Positions 37,961 to 46,618 of a stretch of DNA of 64,000 bases are shown piece after piece. This DNA comes from an uncultured Actinomycetes bacterium (GTDB taxonomy: Bacteria; Actinomycetota; Thermoleophilia; Gaiellales; JAICJC01). Made by a program: the position numbers and the translations under genes. The notes beneath the pieces are model-generated. The model saw only the letters and a program-made list of their open reading frames with translations. It was not told the origin of the DNA and searched no databases. The DNA is taken from contig CAVVAA010000003.1 in the NCBI GenBank assembly GCA_963746115.1, forward strand, positions 663,368 to 727,367, given 5' to 3'. Numbering within the stretch: the stretch's first letter is position 1; each line of letters starts with the position of its first letter.

Positions 37961-40267
37961 ATGAGCGAGCGCCTCGACGCGTACCGGCGCAAGCGCGACC
38001 CGGCCAAGACGCCGGAGCCGTTCTCGGGCTCGGGCGGCGGCGACGACCCGATCTTCGTCGTCCAGCGCCATGACGCCCGCCGGCTGCACTTCGACTTCCG
38101 CATCGAGCGCGACGGGGCGCTCGCGAGCTGGGCCGTCCCCAAGGGGATCCCGCTGCGCAAGGGGCAGCGCCACCTGGCCGTGCACGTCGAGGACCACCCG
38201 CTCGATTACGCGACCTTCGAGGGCGAGATCCCGAAGGGCGAGTACGGCGGCGGGACGGTCGAGATCTGGGACCGCGGCCACTACGAGCTGGTCGAGGAGA
38301 AGCGCGACGGCGGGCTCACGGTGCGCCTGCGCGGCGAGCGTCTGAACGGCCTCTGGACGCTCATCCCGACCAGGATGGACGGCGACGAGCGCAACTGGCT
38401 CATGGTGCGCAAGGACGAGGGCGACCTGGCCGGCGACCCCGCCGAGCTGCGCCCGATGCTGGCCGTCGCCGCGACCGAGCTGCCCGTCCGCGGCGACTGG
38501 GTGTACGAGGTCAAGTGGGACGGTTACCGGGTGATCGCCGCCGTCGAGGGCGGCGAGGTGACGCTGCGAAGCCGCAACGGCAACGATCTCACGACCCGCT
38601 TCGCCCAGGTGGCGCGGGCGCTCCCGGGGGCGCTTCGGAGCGCCGATTGCGTACTCGACGGCGAGGTGTGCGCGCTCGACGAGGATGGGCGCCCCCGATT
38701 CTCGCTGCTCCAGCACGGCGGCGGGGCGCTCGCGATGTACGCGTTCGACCTGCTCGTCCTCGACGGCCGCGACGTGACCGCCCTGCCGCTCAGCGACCGC
38801 AAGGAGCTTCTGGCGGAGACGCTGATCGCGGGCGAGACGATCCGGCTCTCGGTGGCGTTCGATGACGGGCCGGCGCTGTTCGCCCAGGCGCGGGCGCACG
38901 GTCTGGAGGGCGTCGTCGCCAAGCGGCCGTCGAGCCGCTACCTTCCGGGGCGTCGGAGCGAAGCCTGGATGAAGGTGAAGACGCAGCAGCGCCAGGAGCT
39001 TGTGATCGCCGGGTACACCCGCGGGCGCGGGCGGCGCGACAACGCGTTCGGCTCGCTCGTCCTGGCGGTCGAGCGCGGCGACGAGCTGGTGTGGGCGGGC
39101 AACTGCGGCACCGGCTTCGACGACGCCGAGCTCGACATGCTGATGGAGAAGCTCGCGCCGCTCCGGCGCAAGACGACGCCGCTCGCGGTCGAGCCGAAGA
39201 TGCCGCGGGTGCGCCCGGGCGACGTCACCTGGGTCGAGCCGAAGCTGGTCTGCGAGGTCGAGTTCCTCGAGTGGACGCGGGAGGGCCGGCTGCGCGCGCC
39301 GTCGTACAAGGGCCTGCGCGACGACAAGGCGGCCGCCGACGTCCACCGCGAGCACCCGCGGAAGGAGCGGACGGGCTCGCCGCAGCGGCCGCTCGAGCTC
39401 TCCAATCTGGACAAGGTGTTCTGGCCTGGGGAGGGGATCACCAAGGGCGACCTGATCGACTACTACCGCGCGGTCGCCGATGTCGCGGTGCCGCACTTCG
39501 CGGGGCGGCCGTTCACGATGAAGCGCTATCCGGACGGCATCGCGGCGAAGCCGTTCTTCCAGAAGAACGCGCCGTCGCACATGCCCGACTGGATCCCGAC
39601 CGCGGAGTTCCCGGCCACGTCGCGCGAGACCCGGGAGAAGCGCATGATCCGCTATCCGCTCGTGAACGAAGAGGCGGCGCTCCTGTGGATGGCGAACATG
39701 GGCTGCATCGACCTGAACGCGTGGTGCTCGCGCACCGACCGCCCGGACCGGCCCGATTTCGCCCTGTTCGACCTCGACCCGACGCCCGAGGCCGGGTTCG
39801 CCGCGGCCGCCGAGGTGGCGCTGCTCGTGCGCGACGCGCTCACGGCCGTCGACCTGCGCGGCTACCCCAAGACGAGCGGCTCCGACGGTGTCCACGTGCT
39901 CGTGCCCCTGGCCCGGCGCTACGGCTACGACCAGACCCGCGGGGTCGTGCTCGCGATCTCGCGCGCGCTCGCCTCGATGCGGCCCGACCTCGTCACGACC
40001 GAGTGGTCGAAGGCGAAGCGGCGCGGCGTCCTCATCGACGCCAACCAGAACGGCCCCGGCCGCACGATCGCGTTCGCCTACTCGGTGCGGCCGAAGCCCG
40101 GCGCCCCCGTGTCGACGCCGGTGACCTGGGACGAGCTGCGCGCGGGGGTCGACCCGGAGGCGTTCACGATGTCCGTCGTGCTCGACCGCCTGTCCCGCCA
40201 CGGCGACCTGCACGCCCCGGTGCTCGAGGACCGCCAGGCCCTCGGCCAGGCGCTGCACTCGCTCTAG
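37961..40267 (+). CDS. ligD: DNA ligase D (phosphoesterase-ligase-polymerase)
   Basis: PE domain FVVQRHDARRLHFDFRIE; ligase EVKWDG, EGVVAK and WMKVK; polymerase LSNLDKV, RYPDG, FDLDP, KTSG and YSVR. Confidence 0.95.
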   Translation: MSERLDAYRRKRDPAKTPEPFSGSGGGDDPIFVVQRHDARRLHFDFRIERDGALASWAVPKGIPLRKGQRHLAVHVEDHPLDYATFEGEIPKGEYGGGTVEIWDRGHYELVEEKRDGGLTVRLRGERLNGLWTLIPTRMDGDERNWLMVRKDEGDLAGDPAELRPMLAVAATELPVRGDWVYEVKWDGYRVIAAVEGGEVTLRSRNGNDLTTRFAQVARALPGALRSADCVLDGEVCALDEDGRPRFSLLQHGGGALAMYAFDLLVLDGRDVTALPLSDRKELLAETLIAGETIRLSVAFDDGPALFAQARAHGLEGVVAKRPSSRYLPGRRSEAWMKVKTQQRQELVIAGYTRGRGRRDNAFGSLVLAVERGDELVWAGNCGTGFDDAELDMLMEKLAPLRRKTTPLAVEPKMPRVRPGDVTWVEPKLVCEVEFLEWTREGRLRAPSYKGLRDDKAAADVHREHPRKERTGSPQRPLELSNLDKVFWPGEGITKGDLIDYYRAVADVAVPHFAGRPFTMKRYPDGIAAKPFFQKNAPSHMPDWIPTAEFPATSRETREKRMIRYPLVNEEAALLWMANMGCIDLNAWCSRTDRPDRPDFALFDLDPTPEAGFAAAAEVALLVRDALTAVDLRGYPKTSGSDGVHVLVPLARRYGYDQTRGVVLAISRALASMRPDLVTTEWSKAKRRGVLIDANQNGPGRTIAFAYSVRPKPGAPVSTPVTWDELRAGVDPEAFTMSVVLDRLSRHGDLHAPVLEDRQALGQALHSL

Positions 40268-40272
40268 CCGAC

Positions 40273-40320
40273 AGAACCGGGGACAGTCCCCGGAGATCGG
40301 GGACAGTCCCCACCGGTTCT
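40273..40320. repeat. REP-like doublet GGGGACAGTCCCC x2 inside AGAACCGG..CCGGTTCT
   Basis: Units at 40279-91 and 40299-311 with outer inverted arms; just after the ligD stop; same unit as at 10601. Confidence 0.75.
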
Positions 40321-40368
40321 CCCCGCAAACTCCGTGGAACGCGGTTTGCGACCGCGCCCTCGCCTGTG

Positions 40369-40382
40369 CGAACATACGTTCG
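40369..40382. promoter_or_regulatory. LexA (SOS) box CGAAC-ATAC-GTTCG
   Basis: Perfect match to the Gram-positive/actinobacterial CGAAC-N4-GTTCG consensus; contains a -10-like hexamer on each strand. Confidence 0.75.
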
Positions 40383-40437
40383 TCTCGGATGGGAAAGAAA
40401 GGTGGGGCGCGAAGCGTTGGTGTGCCAGACTGCATCC

Positions 40438-43400
40438 ATGGTTGTGACGGAGGGAGAGCGCCGCGTCGTCGCGGTGCTGATGGCGGACGTGGCCGGGTCG
40501 ACGGCGATCGGCGAGCAGCTCGGTCCCGAGCGGTCGAAGTTCCTCTTCGACGAGGTCGTCCGGCTGATGGCGGAGCAGGTCGAGCGCTACGACGGCACCG
40601 TCGCCCAGCTGCTCGGCGACGGCCTGCTCGCCGTCTTCGGCGCGCCCGTCGCGCACGAGGACGACAGCGAGCGCGCCGTGCGCGCCGCCCTCGCCCTGCA
40701 GCGCGCCCTCGCCGCCTACTCGCGCGACGTCGACGAGGCCTACGGCATCGAGCTGCGGGCGCGCGTCGCCGTGAACACCGGCCCGGTCCTGATCACCCCG
40801 GATTCCGACGGCGCCGAGCACTTCAACGCCCTCGGCGACACCGTGAACGTCACCGCCCGGCTGCAGGCGCTCGCCGGGGAGGCCGACGTCATGCTCGGCC
40901 CCGACACCGCCGTGCAGGTGCGCGACTGCTTCGAGCTCGAGGACCTGGGGCCGACAGAGCTGCGCGGCCGCGCGCGCCCGGTCGACCGCTACCGCGTCGT
41001 GGGCGAGCGCGAGCGCGGCTCGCGGCCGGCGGACGGCCCGCTCATCGGGCGCGTCAACGAGCTGATCGAGGTGCGCGGCGCCCTCGAGCGGCTGGCCGAC
41101 GGGATCGGTGTGATCGTCTCCGTTACCGGCGAGCCCGGGATCGGAAAGTCGCGCCTTGCCGCCGAGGCCGTCGACCCGTTGCGCGACCGGCTGAAGGTGC
41201 TCGTCGGCCGCAGCCTCTCCTACACGCAGGGCTTCTCGTACTGGCCGATCCGCGAGCTGCTGCGCGACTGGCTGGGCGCCTCGGCGACGACCAGCGAGGC
41301 GCGCATCCGCTTCGACCTCAAGGCCGCCCTGCACGAGCTGTACGGGCCGGGCGACGACCGCTACCCGTTCCTGGCCAACCTGCTCGGCCTCCAGGAGGCG
41401 GATCGCCGGGCCGCGGCCGACCTGCGCGAGCTCTCCCACGACGCGCTTCACCGGCGCAGCCTCGAGGTGGTCGCCGACCTGCTGACGCGCCTGGCCGCGG
41501 AGCGGCCGCTGCTGGTCGTCTTCGAGGATCTGCACTGGGCAGACGAGCTCACGCTGCAGGCGGTGGAGACCCTGCTCGAGCTGACCGAGACCGAGGCGCT
41601 CGGCATCGCGCTGCTCTATCGCAGCGAGCGCGAGCTCCCGTCCTGGGGCATCGGCGAGCGTGCCCGCCAGCACTACCCTCACCGTTATGTAGAGGTTGAG
41701 CTTCGCGCGCTTGCAGGCGACGCGACGCTCGAGCTCGCCCAGGCGCTCGCCGACGCGCCGCTGCCCGACACGGTCGCCGAGCTGATCTCCCAGCGCGCCG
41801 GCGGAAACCCGCTCTTCGTGAGCGAGGCGCTGCGCGACCTCGTCGAGCGCGGGGCGCTGCGGCGCGAGAACGGCGGCTGGGAGCTCGCCGTCGACCCGTC
41901 CCAGCTCGAGGTGCCGGCGCTCGTCCAGGGCGTGCTCCAGGCCCGGCTCGACCGGCTCGACCCGGCCGGCCGCGAGACGGTGGCCGTTGCTGCGGTGATC
42001 GGCCGCCGGTTCGGGATGCCGCTGCTCGAGCGGGTGCTCCACCCCGACACGCTGCCGACGGCCCTGCTCGAGCTCCAGCGGCTCGACCTGATCGTCGAGG
42101 AGCGCCGCCGCCCCTACCCCGAATACCGCTTCCGCCACGGGCTGGTGCAGGAGGCGGCGTACGCCAGCCTGACCGAGTCCGACCGCCAGGCGCTCCACCG
42201 CCGCGTCGGCGTCGGCCTGGAGGATCTGGCCGGCGACGAGAAGAACGGCGGCACGCTGGCGCTGCTCGCCCGCCACTTCAGCGCCGCCGACGACCCCGCC
42301 CGGGCCGCCGAGTACCTGATCCAGGCCGGCGACGATGCCCGGGTGATCTACGCCAACCAGGAGGCGATCCGCCACTACCGCCAGGCGCGCGAGTTCCTGG
42401 CCCGGATGGGCGACGACCGCCGCTCGCGCGAGACGCTCTTCAAGATCGCACTCGTCCACCACCTGGCCTTCAACTTCGCCGAGGCCGAGCGGGCCTACGA
42501 CGAGGCGTTCGCCTGCAAGGTCGTGCCGCTCGACCAGCCCGAGCCGACGGAGCGGCTCACGACCGCCCTGATGCAGCCCGAGGCCGTCGCTCCCGGCCTC
42601 GAGTACGTGTCCGAGACGAGCGCCCTGACCGCCCACCTCTTCCGCGGGCTGCTCGTGATCGATCGCGACCTGAACGTGATGCCGTCGCTGGCCGAGAACT
42701 TCCGCGTCTCCGGCGACGGCCTGACGTACCTGTTCCAGCTGCGCGAGAACACGTGCTGGAGCGACGGCGAGCCGCTGACGGCGCACGACTTCGTCTACAC
42801 GTGGGAGCGGGCCCGGGAGCGCTCGACCGTGACCGCGTTCCTGCTCCAGGACGTCGCACAGGCAACGGCGCTCGACGATCACACGCTCGAGGTGGTGCTG
42901 CGCGAACCGCGCAACTACTTCCCCTACATCCTCGCCTCCACCTATTCCTACCCCTGGCCGCGGCACCTGTGCGAGTCGGTCGGCGACGAGTGGCACCGGC
43001 AGCTTCCGCTTGTCTCGAGCGGCCCGTTCCTGCTCGAGACGATGGACGCCGACGGCATGACGATGGTCGCCAACCCGCGCTGGAGCGGCCGCCGCGGCAA
43101 CGTGCGCGAGATCTGCGTCGACTTCCGCATCCACGGCGTGAGGGTCAACGACCTGTGGACTTCCGGCCGGGTCGACGTGCTGGCAACGCCGTTCACGCCG
43201 GACGAGGGCGAGGATGACGGTTGCGTCGATTTCGCCCCGAGCCTGGGGACTTCGATGCTTGGCTTCCGTAGCGACCGCGAGGTGTTCCGGGACGTCCGCA
43301 CGCGGCGAGCGGTGGCCGCCGTGCTTGCCCCGGTCGGGGGCACGTTCGCCGAGCTCGGGCTGGTGAGCCGGCCGGCGATGGGAGGAGGGCTGCTGCCGCC

Positions 43401-43998
43401 GGCGATGCCCGGACACGACCACCGCGTCTCCGAGGCCCTTGACCTCGACGCCGCCCGGGCGCTCCTGGCCGAGGCCGGCCATCCCGGCGGCGCCGGGATG
43501 CCCCGGCTCGAGATGCTGCTCACGAAGGGGTTCGAGGTGCTCAAGGGCGGCATCGAGAGTGCGCTCGGCCAGCTCGGAGTTGGTGTCGACTTCACGATCA
43601 GCGACCGCGGATCGCGGACGTCGCAGATCCCGTCCGACCTGTGGCTGACGTCGTGGCTCGCCGACTTCCCCGATCCGGACGGCTTCTTCCGCGGCCTCCT
43701 GACCGACCCCTGCGACCCGGTCGCCGAAGAGGAGAAGACGCGCGAGCTCACAGACCTCCTGAACCAGGCCAGGGCGTCGCGCAACCAGGACGAGCGCCTG
43801 GAGCTCTACGGCCGTGTCGACCGGCTCCTCGTGGCCGAATGGGTGCTCCTGGTGCCGGTCGCCTACCTGCGCCTGACCATCCTGCGGCGGCCGTGGGTGC
43901 ACGGCCTGTGGGCGAACGCACTCACGCCGTTCCAGTTCGACGGCGTCATCGTCGACCACGACCGCCAGCGCGACGCGCAGCAGGGCGCCGCCGGGTGA
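40438..43998 (+). CDS. class III nucleotide cyclase + STAND/AAA ATPase + TPR-like + family-5 solute-binding domain fusion (1186 aa)
   Basis: Cyclase MADVAGST, GDGLLAVFG, VNVTARLQ; Walker A GEPGIGKS; Walker B VFEDLHWAD; GGNPLF; YRFRHGLVQE; then SBP_bac_5-like LFRGLL, SGDGLTYLFQLR, WSDGEPLTAHDFVYTWER, SGPFLL, WLADFPDPD. One uninterrupted frame, no signal peptide. Confidence 0.88.
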   Translation: MVVTEGERRVVAVLMADVAGSTAIGEQLGPERSKFLFDEVVRLMAEQVERYDGTVAQLLGDGLLAVFGAPVAHEDDSERAVRAALALQRALAAYSRDVDEAYGIELRARVAVNTGPVLITPDSDGAEHFNALGDTVNVTARLQALAGEADVMLGPDTAVQVRDCFELEDLGPTELRGRARPVDRYRVVGERERGSRPADGPLIGRVNELIEVRGALERLADGIGVIVSVTGEPGIGKSRLAAEAVDPLRDRLKVLVGRSLSYTQGFSYWPIRELLRDWLGASATTSEARIRFDLKAALHELYGPGDDRYPFLANLLGLQEADRRAAADLRELSHDALHRRSLEVVADLLTRLAAERPLLVVFEDLHWADELTLQAVETLLELTETEALGIALLYRSERELPSWGIGERARQHYPHRYVEVELRALAGDATLELAQALADAPLPDTVAELISQRAGGNPLFVSEALRDLVERGALRRENGGWELAVDPSQLEVPALVQGVLQARLDRLDPAGRETVAVAAVIGRRFGMPLLERVLHPDTLPTALLELQRLDLIVEERRRPYPEYRFRHGLVQEAAYASLTESDRQALHRRVGVGLEDLAGDEKNGGTLALLARHFSAADDPARAAEYLIQAGDDARVIYANQEAIRHYRQAREFLARMGDDRRSRETLFKIALVHHLAFNFAEAERAYDEAFACKVVPLDQPEPTERLTTALMQPEAVAPGLEYVSETSALTAHLFRGLLVIDRDLNVMPSLAENFRVSGDGLTYLFQLRENTCWSDGEPLTAHDFVYTWERARERSTVTAFLLQDVAQATALDDHTLEVVLREPRNYFPYILASTYSYPWPRHLCESVGDEWHRQLPLVSSGPFLLETMDADGMTMVANPRWSGRRGNVREICVDFRIHGVRVNDLWTSGRVDVLATPFTPDEGEDDGCVDFAPSLGTSMLGFRSDREVFRDVRTRRAVAAVLAPVGGTFAELGLVSRPAMGGGLLPPAMPGHDHRVSEALDLDAARALLAEAGHPGGAGMPRLEMLLTKGFEVLKGGIESALGQLGVGVDFTISDRGSRTSQIPSDLWLTSWLADFPDPDGFFRGLLTDPCDPVAEEEKTRELTDLLNQARASRNQDERLELYGRVDRLLVAEWVLLVPVAYLRLTILRRPWVHGLWANALTPFQFDGVIVDHDRQRDAQQGAAG

Positions 43999-44943
43999 GC
44001 TCCTCGACGGGGCCGGCGTCCGCGCCGGCCGTCTCGGCCGCGCGCCCGCCCGCGGCCGAGCTCATGGGGGCGTTTGCGGCGATCTACCTCGTGTGGGGAT
44101 CGACCTTTCTGGCGATCCGCTACGCCGTCGAGACGATCCCGCCGTTCGCGATGATGGCGGGGCGGTGCCTGCTCGGCGGAGCGATCCTGCTCGCGCTCGG
44201 GCTCCTCCGCGAGCGCGACCTGACCTGGCCGACGCGGCGGGAGTGGGGCGGCGCCCTCGTCATCGGCACGCTTCTCTTCGTCGGCTGCCACGGTGTGCTC
44301 GCCTACGCCGAGGAGCGCGTCCCGTCCGGGATCGCGGCGCTGTGCCTGGCCACGATCCCGCTCTTCGTCCCCTTGCTGGCGTGGGCGCTGCCGGACGGAC
44401 GGCCGCCGTCGCGGCGGCGGGTCGGGAGCATTCGTGGTCGGCTTCGCCGGTGTCGCCCTGCTGGTCGCGGCGCAGGGCACCGGCGGCGGCCTGCATCCGG
44501 GCGACGCGATCCTGCTGGTCGGAAGCGCGCTGTCGTGGGCGGCAGGCACGGTGGCCACACGCGTCGTGCCCGTGCCCCGCTCGCCCGTGCTGGGCGCGGG
44601 GATGCCGCTGCTCGCGGGCGGCGTCGTCCTCACGCTCGTCGCGGCGGGGTCGGGCGAGCTCTCCTCGCTCCACCTCGCCGACGTCTCGGGCCGCTCGGTG
44701 GGAGGGCTCGTCTACCTCGTCGTCTTCGGAACGGTCCTGACCTTCTCCGCCTACGTGTGGCTGCTGCGCGTCGTCGCGCCGGCCCGGGTCGCCACCTACG
44801 CGTTCGTAAACCCGGTGGTGGCGGTCGTGCTCGGGTGGGCGCTGGCCGGCGAGTCGCTCACGGCGGGCGCCGTCATCGCGACCGCAGTGATCGTGGTCGC
44901 CGTCGCAGTCGCGGTCTCCGAGCGCGAGCCCGCCCGGGCCTGA
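43995..44943 (+). CDS. EamA/DMT family transporter (frameshift near 44420)
   Basis: IYLVWGSTFLAIR, PSGIAAL and TYAFVNPVVAVVLG; GTGA overlap with the upstream fusion gene. Confidence 0.88.
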
Positions 44944-44971
44944 GGCGGCTCCCGGCCGCCGTCCCGAGAAT

Positions 44972-45003
44972 TTGACATCGACACGTGTCACGATATATCG
45001 TGA
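44972..45003 (+). promoter_or_regulatory. promoter (TTGACA) overlapped by the palindrome TCACGATATATCGTGA, likely PadR autoregulatory operator
   Basis: Perfect 16-bp palindrome at 44988-45003 over the -10 region, upstream of the padR-like gene. Confidence 0.7.
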
Positions 45004-45049
45004 TGTGACGCGATAGTCATGAAACGAACGAGAATCAGGAGGATTCCAA

Positions 45050-45664
45050 ATGACATACGCAGAGACGATCCCGGTCGGAAGGGGCGGCAGGCGCCGCCAC
45101 CGCCACCGGATGCTCATGTTCGCCCGGCACCGGCATGGCCGCGACTCCTTCGGGCCCTTCGGGCGCGGAGGCTGGGGCGGCGGCCGCCGGGCCGGCCGCG
45201 GCGACATCCGCGCCGCGATCCTGGCGCTCCTGGCCGAGCAGGGGATGCACGGCTACCAGATCATCCGTGAGCTCAGCGAGCGCACGGGCGGCGCCTGGAA
45301 CCCGAGCCCCGGCTCGGTCTACCCGACGCTCCAGCAGCTCGAGGACGAGGAGCTCGTCCGCGAGCAGAAGTCCGACACCGGCCGCCGCGTCTACGAGCTG
45401 ACCGACGCGGGCCGCGAGCGGGCCGCCGCGCTGCCGTCCCCGGCTCCATGGGAGCAGGTGGCCGCCGAGGCCCACGACGAGCACGGCGACCTGCGCAGCC
45501 TGGTGTTCCAGGTGCTCGGCGCGGCGCGCCAGGTGGCCACGGCCGGAACGCCGGCGCAGCTCGAGAAGGCGCAGGAGGTGCTGCGCGGCACCCGCCGCAG
45601 CCTGTACCAGATCCTGGCCGAGGAGGACGACTCCGGCGACAAGCCGCCGGAGGTCAACGTCTAG
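45050..45664 (+). CDS. PadR family transcriptional regulator
   Basis: RGDIRAAILALLAE, HGYQII, PSPGSVYPTLQQLEDE and RRVYELT. Confidence 0.92.
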   Translation: MTYAETIPVGRGGRRRHRHRMLMFARHRHGRDSFGPFGRGGWGGGRRAGRGDIRAAILALLAEQGMHGYQIIRELSERTGGAWNPSPGSVYPTLQQLEDEELVREQKSDTGRRVYELTDAGRERAAALPSPAPWEQVAAEAHDEHGDLRSLVFQVLGAARQVATAGTPAQLEKAQEVLRGTRRSLYQILAEEDDSGDKPPEVNV

Positions 45665-46584
45665 AGCGCGACAGGGTTCGACCAGGCCGTCCCGCCGTCG
45701 CCGTCCGCCAGCTCGACGCGGGCGGCGGCGGCTCCCGGCGGCGGCGCGAACTCGACGGCGGTGATCAGGCCGGACGGGTCGCGGTCGACGATCTTGGCGC
45801 GATGGCGGAACGCCAGCCGGCCGACCATCGCCCGGCCGCCATCCTCCGGCCCCGTGAGCAGCGTGACGGAGCGGCAGGGGCTGCAGCGCACGAGCAGGCC
45901 GCCGGTCACCGGCTCGATCGTGTCGAACCGCGGCCCTGTCGACGCGTAGCACGCGCCCTCGCGCAGCGCCGCGACGACGCCCTCCGGCGTTGCCTCGGCG
46001 GCGCGGGCCATCGTCCAGGCGTAGCCGGAGTCGAACCCGGCGTAGTGGGTGTCGTCGCAGGCGACGGCGAAGCAGGGATGCCCGGCGTCCAGCAGCAAGT
46101 CCCAGTGCACGGTGGAGAGGCCGCGGCCATTCTCGATCTGGCAGCCGGCGTTGTAGACCTCGATGCCGACCACCGCGGGCAGTCCGACGACGAGGTCCAT
46201 CGGCACGCCCGTCCAGTATGGATGGGCGATGTAGGCGACGCCGCCGTGCTCGGCGACGAACGTCATCGCGTCGGGCAGGTCGGGGTAGGTGCGCTCGTCG
46301 TCGGGGTCGACGTCGAGCTCGCGGTCGAGGCCGTAGACGAGCACGTCCACCCAGATGCCCGCGGGCGTACGGCAGGTGAGCTCGATCCCGGGCACGAGCA
46401 CCATCCCGTCCCGCGCCGGCGGCTCGGTGATCGTCCAGTGGTCCGTGACGGCAAGGGCGCCCCACTCGGCGCGCTCGTAGTGGTCGACGAGCGCCTCGGG
46501 CTGGAGCTCGCCGTCGGAGCGGGTGGTGTGCGCGTGGAGCGCACAGCGCAGCCACGTGCCCTCGATCTGGAAGGGGTTCGTCAT
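45661..46584 (-). CDS. PHP-domain metallohydrolase (CehA/McbA-like)
   Basis: LHAHTTRSDG, AVTDH, IAHPYW, IEVYN and DDTH. Confidence 0.88.
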   Translation of the reverse strand: MTNPFQIEGTWLRCALHAHTTRSDGELQPEALVDHYERAEWGALAVTDHWTITEPPARDGMVLVPGIELTCRTPAGIWVDVLVYGLDRELDVDPDDERTYPDLPDAMTFVAEHGGVAYIAHPYWTGVPMDLVVGLPAVVGIEVYNAGCQIENGRGLSTVHWDLLLDAGHPCFAVACDDTHYAGFDSGYAWTMARAAEATPEGVVAALREGACYASTGPRFDTIEPVTGGLLVRCSPCRSVTLLTGPEDGGRAMVGRLAFRHRAKIVDRDPSGLITAVEFAPPPGAAAARVELADGDGGTAWSNPVAL

Positions 46585-46618
46585 CGCCGGGTGCCGGCGA
46601 ATCTACCATCGCGGCCGC

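Noticed and set aside
40279-40311. Direct repeats GGGGACAGTCCCC as a mini CRISPR array
   Set aside because: Only two 13-bp units with a 7-bp spacer and no cas genes; fits a REP-like doublet.
40324-40350. CGCAAAC..GTTTGCG hairpin as a c-di-GMP-I riboswitch
   Set aside because: No GAAA tetraloop/receptor pair or second GCAAA stem; a simple hairpin.
39091-40437. N-terminal extension making the STAND protein 1635 aa, or a ligD fusion
   Set aside because: The extension is an alternative frame over ligD and the intergenic repeats; the cyclase domain begins at ATG 40438.
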